A DNA stretch of 32,000 nucleotides. Origin: Candidatus Heimdallarchaeota archaeon (GTDB lineage: Archaea; Asgardarchaeota; Heimdallarchaeia; Heimdallarchaeales; Heimdallarchaeaceae). Each line of letters begins with the position of its first letter. The first letter of the stretch is position 1. Of this stretch, positions 1-10,034 are shown one piece after another. The stretch is taken from positions 30,001 to 62,000 of the forward strand of contig DAOVER010000008.1 in assembly GCA_030668875.1 (NCBI GenBank), written 5' to 3'. The notes under the pieces are model-generated. The model did not search any database. It was not told the DNA's origin and saw only the letters and a program-made list of their open reading frames with translations. Both the position numbers and the translations under genes were made by a program.

Positions 1-3000
1 ATTATAGTCGATCCTCAAAGTCCAAAGGAGCAAGCAAGAATTCAAGAACTGAAAGATAACCTTGAAAATTATTTCTTACGCTTGGTAAAGATAGGCAATT
101 TAATCAAAATACCTTTTGACGATTTTGCAAAAGAAGAGGAACACTCTTTTGAGACAACCTTAGACATTTCAAAACTGCAAAGTAAGATAGAATCTTTTCT
201 TAGTCAATATGAAGAAAAAATGTCAACTCAAGTTGCTAAACATAAGCAATTAAAAAAAGAAGAACGCATTCTTGCAGGTTTAAACAAGTTCAAACGTCAA
301 ATTGAAAAAGACAAATTTACAATTGACCTTTTATCTTCCAATTCAAGAACTTTTACTATTTACGGTGAGATTCCTTCATCCTATGAAGAAATCCTTCGTT
401 TTTATTTAAATGAAATCACTGGTGGTAAGATATTCTTGTGGAGTGTTGCAACAGAAGGAAGAAAGACAAAAACAATAATTTGCATTTCCTTATTGGATTT
501 CAAGGAAAATGTAGTAGAGATTCTTGAACAAAATTACTTTGAACCTACAATTTTAGACTTATCTTCTCTTAAAACCATTGATGACTATACCTCTTCTACA
601 ACGGTAAGCGATCTTTATTCCATGATAAATTCTGACCTAGTAAAAATAGAGCAAGAATTAGAAGGGTATCTAACAGATTTAACCGAACAAATTGTTTTCT
701 ACATTAACTCAATAAAAACTGAAGTCACTCTTCTAACATTAGAAGAGAAAGGTCGAACCGATGAAAAAATGTTTACAATCTGGGGATGGGTAGAGAAAAA
801 AAATTACGACATTTTTGTAAATGAGATAGAGTTACTGAAAATGCAACCCAAATTCTTTGTTCTTGATGATGTTCCATTTTCATATCAGAAACCAAAGAAA
901 GAGGAGGATGAGCTGAAAATAGCAAAACCTGAAGTTGTTCAAAAAGGAAAAGAGAAATATGTACCACATTTATCTCATAGTGGGGGTGAACCTGAAGGTG
1001 GGATGTTTTTCCCAAAAAAGGCTTCTTTTATAAAAATGGAGACCAAAAGTAAATACAACCGTCAGTTTATTTCATTTGTTCGTTCTTTGAATTTAATCCA
1101 TCCGATAAAAATTGGTTCTTTGGACAATATTACAATTGATTCTCTTACCAAGAGACGTATGGAACTTACACAGTATCTAGCAAGGGTAAAAAAAATCAGA
1201 GAAATGTTGAATCTAAAGAAATCATCTGGTGATTCTTGTGATCAATTCCAAATTGTTGATGATCTAGCTCATTCTAAAGCATTTATAGAGAACTTTCTCA
1301 ATGAATTCGAGAGAGAAGTTGAAGCAACCTTTACAGAGTATGATCAATTGAAAAAAGAGAGGGATCAGCTTAAACTATATCGACCTTCAATTGAAATAAT
1401 GAAAAATGAAGTTATGGAATTCATGCTATCTGAAGGAGGTTCTCAAACAGTTACATTCTTGGGTTCAATTCCAAAAAGCCATCTTAAAGCAGTTAAATTC
1501 TTTGTAAATGAAGTTACAGACAGTACTATTATGTTCCGGGCAACAGAGTCATTAGGTTCAAAAAAGAACGAGAAGAATTTGTTTATTTTAGCCTTAAAGG
1601 AATATGAAAACGCGATTTCCAGAGTTTTGAATGAATATTCATTTCAACCAATTGAATATGATTTGGACTTACTTCAGCAAGAAGATTCACTTGAGGAGAA
1701 AAAGAATGATCTCATTCTAAAGATTGAGAAATTGGAAAATAGATTAAGCGAATTTCCTAACGAAATCGGTGATAGAATATCAGCGGTAGAAGAACTAATC
1801 TCTGTAGAATTGGATAGGATTAAAACAGAAGAAATTTTTCAAGTTTCTGAAGGTAAGACGATTATGTGGGGATGGATTCCAGGGCATGCTATGGAGACTC
1901 TATTTGAGAAAAAGGAAGAATTGAATTTTAAGCTTAACATAACTGTAACAGACAACGTACCTCTTCCAAATCCATCTATTACAAAAAGAAGTCAGTTATT
2001 TGGAGCTATAGGGGGAATTATCGGAGGAATGGGCCAACCAAATCCTCATGAGGTTGACCCTTATACTGTCGTGAAATTCACTTTTCCATTGCTTTTCGGA
2101 ATCATGTTTGCTGATTTAGGGCATGGTATAATGCTTGCTTTAATCGGCGCTTTTCTTGCTATTAGAAAACGAAGGAAGAAGATTCAACCCAGTGAATCAA
2201 TCTCAGGATACCTTTATTCTGGTGGCGAGTTATTAGTTTTCTGTGGCATGTCAGCAGCATTCTTTGGAATATTGTTTGGATCTTTATTAGGAGATGAAGA
2301 ATTCTTATCTCATCTTTTCCAAAGTATTGGCATTAACTGGATACCTTTAGTTAATCCATTGCATGAAACTAAGTTGCTTCTTGTTGTCGCTTTGTTATTC
2401 GGTTTTATTATGATTCAAATCGGGATATGGTTGAAAGTCTATCGAAACATTAAGTACGGACATGGCTTTGCCTCTTGGGGTGCTCCATTAACACTTTCAA
2501 TCGTGTATGTTGGAATATTCGCAATGTTGTATAATATCATAGCAGATGGTGTCAGATCTCATTTCTTTGAAACGATCTTAGGTGTAAAGAATTGGTATTT
2601 ACCTTTGTTCCCCTCTTGGGTTGTTTATCTGGTTGGATTGGTTCCTGTATTGTTTGTTCTTGAGTATATTCATGCAAAGACAGATGGAATTATAGATGCA
2701 GTTGATCATATAATTGCACTAGTTTCCAATACTTTATCCTTCAGCCGAATTATGGCATTACTTATGGTTCATGCAATTTTAAGTGGGCTGCCTTTTGCAC
2801 TAACAGGAATAGTAGGTGTAGTAAATGTATCTCCTATTTTTTTACCCACTGGTTCTCATCTTGAATTATTAACACAAATTGAATTTGTAGCCCCTCTAGC
2901 TCAATCTTGGGTCTGGTGGCTTGCGGGTATTGTAATGGGCTTATTCATAATTGTACCCGTAGAAGGCTTATTGTCCTTCTTGAATACTTTAAGGCTTCAT

Positions 3001-3105
3001 TGGGTAGAATTTTTCACAAAATTCTATATCGGAGATGGCCTGGTTTACAAGCCTCTTAAAGAAAATCTAGCCTTTATTGAATTAGTAACAGCAGAAGGTA
3101 GTTGA
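1..3105 (+). CDS. atpI: V/A-type ATP synthase subunit I (a), 5'-truncated by the window, with tandemly duplicated soluble N-terminal domain
   Basis: Frame 1 is open from base 1 (IIVDPQSPKEQARIQ...), so the TTG at 82 is not the true start. Membrane domain has EVDP...FPLLFGIMFADLGHG, essential-Arg helix SFSRIMAL and LRLHWVEFFTKFY. The G-W-[VI] motif occurs twice, about 362 aa apart. Confidence 0.95.
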   Translation: MIVDPQSPKEQARIQELKDNLENYFLRLVKIGNLIKIPFDDFAKEEEHSFETTLDISKLQSKIESFLSQYEEKMSTQVAKHKQLKKEERILAGLNKFKRQIEKDKFTIDLLSSNSRTFTIYGEIPSSYEEILRFYLNEITGGKIFLWSVATEGRKTKTIICISLLDFKENVVEILEQNYFEPTILDLSSLKTIDDYTSSTTVSDLYSMINSDLVKIEQELEGYLTDLTEQIVFYINSIKTEVTLLTLEEKGRTDEKMFTIWGWVEKKNYDIFVNEIELLKMQPKFFVLDDVPFSYQKPKKEEDELKIAKPEVVQKGKEKYVPHLSHSGGEPEGGMFFPKKASFIKMETKSKYNRQFISFVRSLNLIHPIKIGSLDNITIDSLTKRRMELTQYLARVKKIREMLNLKKSSGDSCDQFQIVDDLAHSKAFIENFLNEFEREVEATFTEYDQLKKERDQLKLYRPSIEIMKNEVMEFMLSEGGSQTVTFLGSIPKSHLKAVKFFVNEVTDSTIMFRATESLGSKKNEKNLFILALKEYENAISRVLNEYSFQPIEYDLDLLQQEDSLEEKKNDLILKIEKLENRLSEFPNEIGDRISAVEELISVELDRIKTEEIFQVSEGKTIMWGWIPGHAMETLFEKKEELNFKLNITVTDNVPLPNPSITKRSQLFGAIGGIIGGMGQPNPHEVDPYTVVKFTFPLLFGIMFADLGHGIMLALIGAFLAIRKRRKKIQPSESISGYLYSGGELLVFCGMSAAFFGILFGSLLGDEEFLSHLFQSIGINWIPLVNPLHETKLLLVVALLFGFIMIQIGIWLKVYRNIKYGHGFASWGAPLTLSIVYVGIFAMLYNIIADGVRSHFFETILGVKNWYLPLFPSWVVYLVGLVPVLFVLEYIHAKTDGIIDAVDHIIALVSNTLSFSRIMALLMVHAILSGLPFALTGIVGVVNVSPIFLPTGSHLELLTQIEFVAPLAQSWVWWLAGIVMGLFIIVPVEGLLSFLNTLRLHWVEFFTKFYIGDGLVYKPLKENLAFIELVTAEGS

Positions 3106-3106
3106 A

Positions 3107-4099
3107 ATGTCGTTTGGTGATATAGGTTATCTAATGGGTAGAGCCCATGGGATAGTTGGGAATGTACTTACAAAGTCTCAATTGAGTCTTCTATTATCCT
3201 CCAAGAATCTTAAGGAACTAAGAGCAGCTTTTACACAAACGAGATATGATTCCATAATAGGACACCTTAACTTCGAAACACAACTTGAAGATGTTGCAAG
3301 GACATTAAAAACAAATTTTGCTGAACTATTAGTTAAATTTTATAATCAAGCATCATCTTCAGTTAAGAAGAAAATTAGACTGTTTAGTGAAAGATACAAC
3401 GCAGAAAATTTACGAATAATATTACAAGGCATTCATGTTGGAATGAAACATGAAGATATCGTGGCTCGTATTGTGCCTGTGGCAGGTTACACTTTAGATT
3501 ATTACATTAAACTGCTTTCGATGCCCATAACTAAAATTATCTCATCCCAAAAAGATTCAGACCTTCAAAAGCAATTACAGGAAGCTTACGTTGAATTTGA
3601 AAAGACTAAACGCTTTACTCCAATAGAGTCTGCAATAGATCAATACATCTATGTTACTCTTCCGAAAGTATCTCGCAAATATGAAACATATGTAAACATG
3701 AAAAATATCTTAGCTCTTTCTAGATGTATAACTTTGGGAATACCTGCATATAGACACATCCTCCCAAATAAGTTTATAGCAAAAGCATTGAAATCTAATA
3801 GTGTTTCAGAAGTACTTTCGGTGTATAATTACCATCCGTACAAAGGTGTTTTTTCAAGATATATAGGTGCAAAAGACATTCCTTTGCATGATCTTGAATT
3901 TGCTGTTGAGAAATACTTGCTAAAATATTGGAAAAAGACCTTCAGATTTGGAACTGTATTTGAAACAGATGCTTTAATAGGATTCTTTGAATTGAAACTC
4001 GCTGAAGTAATGGATGTTATAAGAATTATCGTTGGAGTTGGTGCAGGTTTTACTGAATCTGAAATAAGAGAAAATCTCCTGTTTTATGGGATTTTCTAA
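3107..4099 (+). CDS. atpC: V/A-type ATP synthase subunit C (d/AC39 family)
   Basis: 330 aa, 1 nt after atpI. N-terminus GYLMGRAHG...LTKSQLSLLLSSKNLKEL...TRY and internal ERYNAENLRIILQG match the subunit C pattern (Y..AR...lL...l..L / kydi.NlK.ilR). Confidence 0.85.
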   Translation: MSFGDIGYLMGRAHGIVGNVLTKSQLSLLLSSKNLKELRAAFTQTRYDSIIGHLNFETQLEDVARTLKTNFAELLVKFYNQASSSVKKKIRLFSERYNAENLRIILQGIHVGMKHEDIVARIVPVAGYTLDYYIKLLSMPITKIISSQKDSDLQKQLQEAYVEFEKTKRFTPIESAIDQYIYVTLPKVSRKYETYVNMKNILALSRCITLGIPAYRHILPNKFIAKALKSNSVSEVLSVYNYHPYKGVFSRYIGAKDIPLHDLEFAVEKYLLKYWKKTFRFGTVFETDALIGFFELKLAEVMDVIRIIVGVGAGFTESEIRENLLFYGIF

Positions 4100-4143
4100 A
4101 TATTCTTCCTTCTTAAAAAACTTGATGAAAATTTTGAGGAAAG

Positions 4144-4530
4144 TTAGTTTTCCCCTAATGCTTCAATTGTTTCTGGTACATATCGTTTAATAACTTGCAT
4201 AGCTAATCCAACATTGTGTAGATCTCTGCTAGCACCTATTAGAATGTACTCTGCTGCGCTTGCTAAAATTGTAAAACCTTCTTCCCCCCTTATTAATACT
4301 TGCTCCAAAGCACCATGTTCTAAATTTTTGGTTACCATTTTTCCTGTGGAAAGCACTGCAGAAGAGACAGCACTGAGTAGATCAGGATCTGTGCCCTTCT
4401 CAGAGAAAAAGGCAACTTTGATACCTTCTGCGTTAACAACAGCTAACGCCTCTAAATCACAACCTAATGAAATTTGCTTCAGTATTTTAACTAATAGTTT
4501 TTTTTGTCCGGCTGATAAATCTATAGACAT
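4144..4530 (-). CDS. Roadblock/LC7 domain protein
   Basis: ALAVVNAEGI...DPDLLSAVSSAVLSTGKMV...LEHGALEQVLIRGEEGFTIL is a typical Roadblock/MglB pattern. Start placed at ATG 4530, with GGTGA SD 5 nt upstream. Confidence 0.9.
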   Translation of the reverse strand: MSIDLSAGQKKLLVKILKQISLGCDLEALAVVNAEGIKVAFFSEKGTDPDLLSAVSSAVLSTGKMVTKNLEHGALEQVLIRGEEGFTILASAAEYILIGASRDLHNVGLAMQVIKRYVPETIEALGEN

Positions 4531-4732
4531 CTTGTTCACCTGTTTTATTCTAATTTACTATTAACAAGTGTTATACTATTAAGTTTATTGAAACCAGAAA
4601 GCGAGATTATGTTAAAACTATCATAACATCATATGGAAACAGAAAGCTATCAACAATATCCAACCACATTTAAAACAAAAGAAATACGGAAAAAATGGAA
4701 ACTTTTTATTTGATAACATTTTCAGACTTACC

Positions 4733-5962
4733 ATGAAGCTTTTGTTTATAGTACTGGATGGTCTTGGAGATAGACCAATTCCTGATTTGGGTGGAAAGAC
4801 TCCACTTGAATATGCTAATACTCCAAATTTAGATAAAATAGCCTCACTGGGAATGAATGGTTTGTTGCATGTTATTGCACCTGGGGTAACTCCTGGTAGT
4901 GATACCGCTCACTTAGCGCTTTTTGGTGCAGATCCCTATAAATATTACACTGGTAGAGGACCTTTTGAAGCTGCGGGAATCGGTTTAGAAGTTAAGGAAG
5001 GAGATATTGCTTTTAGAGTCAACTTTGCCACAATAGATGACAATGGTGTTATAGCTGATAGAAGAGCTGGCAGAATAAAAACTGGAACTGAGGAGTTATC
5101 GAAACTTCTTGAAGGAATTGAAATTGATGGGATAAAGTTTTTACTTAAAGCTGGGACTGAACATCGAGCTGCTTTGGTTCTTCGAGGAGAACGGTTGTCC
5201 GATAAGGTATATGGTAATGATCCTAAGGTCGAAGGAAAAGAACCACCAATTTTCAAACCATTAGACGAAAGTTCAGAAGCTCAAAAGACTGCTCGCGTTC
5301 TTACTACTTACGTAATGAAGGCAAGGGAAATTTTATCAAAATCTGAAATTAATGTAAAGAGAACACAAGAAGGATTGCACCCTGCTAATTTTCTATTAAT
5401 TAGAGGGTCTGGCAAAGTACCTAAAGTACCCAATTTTGAAGAGGAATATTGTCTTGAATCCGCTTGTGTTGCTGGGGGAGGCCTCTATAAAGGCATCGCT
5501 CGAATGCTAGGAATGGATATTATTGAAGATGAAAGGTTAACTGGAGGTGTAGATACCAACCTAGAAGCAAAGTTTGAAGTCACACTTAAGAATCTCAGTA
5601 ATTACGATTTTGTTTTTGCACATGTAAAAGGAACAGATAATCTCTCTCATGATGGAGATTATATGGCAAAAACACATTTTATAGAAAAAGTTGACAAAGA
5701 ACTGTATAGATTTCTCCCCGAGAATTTTGATCAAGAGCTTGTTATAATGATTACTGGAGATCATAGTACTCCATGTAGTTTCAAGGACCATTCTGCAGAC
5801 CCTGTACCACTAGTTATCTGTTCTTCAGATTGTAGAAGGGATGAAGTAGAAAAATTCGGAGAATCTTATGCGGTTAAAGGATCATTGGGTCATGTTGTAG
5901 GTAAGTATTTAATGGGTATAGCATTAAACGAGATGAGATTGGTGCACAAGTTTGGAGCATAA
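4733..5962 (+). CDS. apgM: 2,3-bisphosphoglycerate-independent phosphoglycerate mutase, archaeal type
   Basis: IVLDGLGDRP...GKTPLEYANTPNLD, PGSDTAHL (phospho-Ser), GRGPFEAAG, HVKGTDNLSHDG, TGDHSTP, HSADPVP. Confidence 0.95.
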   Translation: MKLLFIVLDGLGDRPIPDLGGKTPLEYANTPNLDKIASLGMNGLLHVIAPGVTPGSDTAHLALFGADPYKYYTGRGPFEAAGIGLEVKEGDIAFRVNFATIDDNGVIADRRAGRIKTGTEELSKLLEGIEIDGIKFLLKAGTEHRAALVLRGERLSDKVYGNDPKVEGKEPPIFKPLDESSEAQKTARVLTTYVMKAREILSKSEINVKRTQEGLHPANFLLIRGSGKVPKVPNFEEEYCLESACVAGGGLYKGIARMLGMDIIEDERLTGGVDTNLEAKFEVTLKNLSNYDFVFAHVKGTDNLSHDGDYMAKTHFIEKVDKELYRFLPENFDQELVIMITGDHSTPCSFKDHSADPVPLVICSSDCRRDEVEKFGESYAVKGSLGHVVGKYLMGIALNEMRLVHKFGA

Positions 5963-6947
5963 TGAAGAAAATGAAAAGTCAATATTTCAATTAATCCTTC
6001 CTTATCTACTGCTTTTCATTGCAGTTGTTGCCGTTTCATTTTCAGCAATTATTGTAGTGGAACTTAATGTAACACATGGTGTTGAATATGAAGTTACTGC
6101 CATGTATCGGACTTTATTCGCAGGAATCGGTGCTCTTCTTCTTTCATTTCGTAAGAAAAAGATTAACTGGGTATTCCAGAAATCTACTCTGAGAAAAAGT
6201 CATTGGTATGTCCTTGCAGGTTTACTATTAGCAATTCATTTTGCTTCTTGGTTTGTATCACTTGGTTTTACTTCTATTGCTATATCTACAACTCTTGTTG
6301 ATACTGTTCCAATTTTCCTTGCTGTATTTGGTTATATTTTTTTCAAAGAAAAAATTAATTACATTGGAATGATAGGAATTGGATTAGCAGTAATTGGAGG
6401 CGTTTTATTAGCCTTCAATTCATCTAATGGTAATGCTGATCAATCCAACCCATTACTTGGAGTAGTATTATCGTTAATCGGTGCTTTAACCGTTGCCTTC
6501 TATTTTTTAATTGGGAAGAAAGTTTTACAAGATGCTCCTCTTTGGCCATATTTTGCTTTTGTAAATCTATCGTCTGCATTCTTTCTCTTTATTTATTGCT
6601 TGATTTATAACGTGTTTGAAAATTTTGAACTATTTGTATTTCCGTTAATTGTTTTCGTTTTATTTATTCTATCAGCCGTAGGCCCTTCGTTGATTGGTCA
6701 TGCAACTTACAATTATTCTTTAAAAAAACTCCCCGCATTTGTGGTTGGAGTTGCAATATTAGGTGAACCAATTGGCGCAACAATTCTTGCAATATTCTTT
6801 TCTAATCAATTTCCTACACTTCTGACTATTCTTTATGTAGGGATAATTTTAATTGGAGTAGTCATAACTTCCTTCTCTCCAAAAATCAAAATGAATATCT
6901 TAAAAATAAAAGAAAAAGAAAAACTATTAGATTCGAGAGACGTTTAG
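5952..6947 (+). CDS. EamA/DMT family transporter
   Basis: About 10 hydrophobic segments in two EamA halves; LAIHFASWFVSLGFTSIAISTTLV and IGHATYNYSLKKLPAFVVGVAILGEPIGATILA. Start (TTG overlapping the apgM stop) is uncertain. Confidence 0.9.
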   Translation: MEHNEENEKSIFQLILPYLLLFIAVVAVSFSAIIVVELNVTHGVEYEVTAMYRTLFAGIGALLLSFRKKKINWVFQKSTLRKSHWYVLAGLLLAIHFASWFVSLGFTSIAISTTLVDTVPIFLAVFGYIFFKEKINYIGMIGIGLAVIGGVLLAFNSSNGNADQSNPLLGVVLSLIGALTVAFYFLIGKKVLQDAPLWPYFAFVNLSSAFFLFIYCLIYNVFENFELFVFPLIVFVLFILSAVGPSLIGHATYNYSLKKLPAFVVGVAILGEPIGATILAIFFSNQFPTLLTILYVGIILIGVVITSFSPKIKMNILKIKEKEKLLDSRDV

Positions 6948-8132
6948 TAAGTCTTCCAATCTATTCATCGCATCCTCTATTTGATTTAATGTTGGAAGAT
7001 ACACCATTCTGAAACCATTTTCACCATAAGGACCAAATCCCGAGCCAAAAACCGATAGAACGTGTTTCTTACGAAGTAGGTCAAAAACAAATTCCTTATC
7101 GTTCTTCCAGGTAAACTGTTCCATATCTAGAACTGGGAAAATGTAGAATGCTGCTTCTGGTTTGAAGACAGTTATTCCTTCCATCTCTGTTAATCTTGTA
7201 AACATCAAATCTCTTCTTTCGCGTAGTATTCGGATTGTTTCAGGAAGATAAGAACTTAAATCCTGTTTCAGTGCTTCAGCTCCAGCTTTTTGTAAAGGTG
7301 TAGATGCACACAACCTAATTCTTGTGAGTTTATTCAAACCTTCCCACGGTCCCTCTACTTTATTTTCAGGATCGTGTAAGTAGGCATATCCAAGCCTCCA
7401 ACCTGGAGCTAAAAACACCTTGCTAAAGCCGTTGTATGCGATTACTGGAACATCTTTTGCAATTTTTGCAGTTGCTATGTGTTTCAGTCCTTCATCTAAT
7501 ATTAATCCATCATAGGTTTCATCTGAAACGATACATGCATCGTATTCACCAACAACTTCAATGATTTCCTTTAACACTTTTTCTGGATAAACAGATCCAG
7601 TTGGATTATTTGGACTGTTAAGGAAAACAAGTTTAGTTTTTTCGTTCATTAAAGATCTAATATGATCAGCATCTGGATAAAAATTTTCTTGAACTACTGT
7701 TTTATAATATTGAATTTTTGTATCAAAAATCGTTGCATTTCCTGAATAACTAGGGTAGTGAATGCCTGGTATAACTACATTGTCTCCTGGATTTGTGAAA
7801 GCCATAAATGTCATTTGAATACCTTCAGACACACCAGCTGTTGCAACAACTTTGTCTGACGTGACACTTACTCCATGTTTACCGTTTTCATACGAAGCTA
7901 CTGCTTCTCTATATTCTAGAAGCCCTTGAGAGTTTGCATAGAAATTATAATTTTCCATTTCTGCGTATTTCAAAGGTTCTGTGAGTAGTTTAGGGGTTTT
8001 AAAACCATATTTAATTGGATCTCCAATATTTAGTTTAATGATTTCATGTCCTTGTGCTTCAACTTCCGTTGCAACGGCTAGAACATCTCGGATAGCATAG
8101 CTAAAATTTTCAGTTCTTTCAGATATCTTCAT
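6927..8132 (-). CDS. PLP-dependent class I/II aminotransferase (AlaA / alanine aminotransferase-like)
   Basis: IIKLNIGDP, NSPNNPTG, SDETYD, FSKVFLAPGWRLGY (PLP Lys), PEAAFYIFP. Confidence 0.9.
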   Translation of the reverse strand: MKISERTENFSYAIRDVLAVATEVEAQGHEIIKLNIGDPIKYGFKTPKLLTEPLKYAEMENYNFYANSQGLLEYREAVASYENGKHGVSVTSDKVVATAGVSEGIQMTFMAFTNPGDNVVIPGIHYPSYSGNATIFDTKIQYYKTVVQENFYPDADHIRSLMNEKTKLVFLNSPNNPTGSVYPEKVLKEIIEVVGEYDACIVSDETYDGLILDEGLKHIATAKIAKDVPVIAYNGFSKVFLAPGWRLGYAYLHDPENKVEGPWEGLNKLTRIRLCASTPLQKAGAEALKQDLSSYLPETIRILRERRDLMFTRLTEMEGITVFKPEAAFYIFPVLDMEQFTWKNDKEFVFDLLRKKHVLSVFGSGFGPYGENGFRMVYLPTLNQIEDAMNRLEDLLNVSRI

Positions 8133-8295
8133 TATCTTAATCCCTACTGTGTGTTAGGCGAAAACTCACAAAAAATAAACGTATTGGTTTGACTATCACG
8201 TATCTTGTTACGAAGTTGGGAGCAGTATACTATTTCCCAGATATTACATCCCTAAATAAAGTAATTTTTGATATTTTACTAAAATAGGTGTTATA

Positions 8296-9696
8296 ATGCC
8301 TGCTATAGCAAATTGTAGTTTTTGCAGTAGTCCTGCACAATATTATTGTAAATCATGTAAGAGGAAACTTTGTTCAGATCACATAATAATCTCAAATACT
8401 GTTTATCATTGTGATAACTGTGATGAAGACTGTTATGAACAAAATTGTCCCACTTGTGGAAAAGAAACATCAACAACTAGACATGAACCTGTTCACCGTT
8501 GTGATTGGTGTAAATCTGCTTCAGTTGAGGATGGTTTATTATATTATCAACAGTTACCACAGTTAATTTTCTCGGTTGTGAATCTTCTCCATAAGAAGCT
8601 TTCCAAAGTATGGAAACTTACTAACCATTACGTTGAAGTTGTTAACACTGTTTATGAAATTAGAAAAGCAAAAATTATGCTTTTCGCAGGCGTTGAAGAT
8701 GAAATTACACTCTTGAGAGGCAAAATCGCAACTTTCATAGACCATCTCGTAAAATTTGAAAATGAAACTTTTACTATGGTGGATGAGAAACTCCGCAATA
8801 TTGGTTATATGCGGTACACAAACTTGAACAACATTGAGAAAGCAGAAGAAGTATTAGTTTTGATGGAAAACCGTTTAAAGCTTTTGGATAATACCTTAGA
8901 AAATAAATTTGAGGGAATTGAAACGGATTTTGATATTCTCGAACAGAAAGTAAACTACTTGAAATTCCAATTTGGATTTCTCAAAAAAATTCATCAATTA
9001 CTTCCAGATAATGAGAAGGAAGAACTCATCGCTGTAATTCCTCGTGTCTGGTTAAAGAAAAATAGAAAAATTGCTAGAAAGTATCTTCTTATTTTCACAA
9101 ATCAAAATCTCTATCTGATGCGAGAAAAGGGCTTGTTTGATGTAAAATTGAGAACTAAAGAAGCTATTAGTTTGTCTTATATTATAGATAAAAAGTACAT
9201 CTCAAAATTACTATCTGGAAAAAACTTCAGATTCAAAACTCGATTGGATTCTTATGTTCTATATGGTAGAAAAACAACACTAGAACAGATTTTAACGTAT
9301 TTTCAATTAGTAGACAATTATATTGATTTCTCCATTCATAAATCCTCAATAATAGAAGATCTCAAGGATTATTCACTAACAATAAGTGAGCTCAAAAGCA
9401 ATATACAACGCAATCACAATCATCTACGAACTTACTTGTTGAACAAACGTGAACTGAAAAAAGAATTATATTGGAGAGAAGGACAAGATGCAAAGTTCAA
9501 TAAGTTATTTGAGCAACTACTTGCAGTCGAACGTAAGATTCATCGATTAAACCAATCTCGAAGGTATGGAGGAAGGAGTACAAGAGGAATAGATGGACTG
9601 TTGGGTAAACTTACTGTTGAACACAATCGTTTGAAACAACAAATGGAAAGTGTTCGCAGAAAAAGCGATGAATTCGATGATATGTGGGAGATTTGA
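8296..9696 (+). CDS. Multi-zinc-finger (B-box-like) + coiled-coil + PH-like domain protein
   Basis: N-terminal CxxC-x7-CxxC-x4-CxxH followed by three more CxxC pairs; long heptad-rich helical region; beta-rich segment EELIAVIP...LLIFTNQNLYLM resembling bacterial/archaeal PH-like domains; C-terminal coiled coil. Confidence 0.6.
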   Translation: MPAIANCSFCSSPAQYYCKSCKRKLCSDHIIISNTVYHCDNCDEDCYEQNCPTCGKETSTTRHEPVHRCDWCKSASVEDGLLYYQQLPQLIFSVVNLLHKKLSKVWKLTNHYVEVVNTVYEIRKAKIMLFAGVEDEITLLRGKIATFIDHLVKFENETFTMVDEKLRNIGYMRYTNLNNIEKAEEVLVLMENRLKLLDNTLENKFEGIETDFDILEQKVNYLKFQFGFLKKIHQLLPDNEKEELIAVIPRVWLKKNRKIARKYLLIFTNQNLYLMREKGLFDVKLRTKEAISLSYIIDKKYISKLLSGKNFRFKTRLDSYVLYGRKTTLEQILTYFQLVDNYIDFSIHKSSIIEDLKDYSLTISELKSNIQRNHNHLRTYLLNKRELKKELYWREGQDAKFNKLFEQLLAVERKIHRLNQSRRYGGRSTRGIDGLLGKLTVEHNRLKQQMESVRRKSDEFDDMWEI

Positions 9697-9727
9697 GAAA
9701 AAGCATAAATACTAGGATTCTTTTGTT

Positions 9728-10027
9728 GTGATGAGTGTTATGTCTAAGAAAAAAAGTAAATTGGATAGATATACATGGATAATAACTGAGTTGGTACTTG
9801 GTATTGCTGCACTTGGATATGGGTTATTTGGAATAATAGTGACGCCAACTCCTCTCAATTATCTTTACATCATTTTGATTTGCTTAGGAAGTATTTCAAT
9901 ATTAACTGCGATTATTCAAATGACCATAATGAGAAAGAAGAAAATAAACAAATTCTGTTCCAAATGTGGCGAAAAAATAAAAAAAGAGGACGATTTCTGC
10001 CCAAAATGTGGTGAAAAAATCGGTTAA
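9728..10027 (+). CDS. Small membrane protein with C-terminal zinc ribbon
   Basis: Two hydrophobic helices followed by FCSKCGEKIKKEDDFCPKCGEK (zinc-ribbon pattern). Confidence 0.8.
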   Translation: MMSVMSKKKSKLDRYTWIITELVLGIAALGYGLFGIIVTPTPLNYLYIILICLGSISILTAIIQMTIMRKKKINKFCSKCGEKIKKEDDFCPKCGEKIG

Positions 10028-10034
10028 ACCAAGA

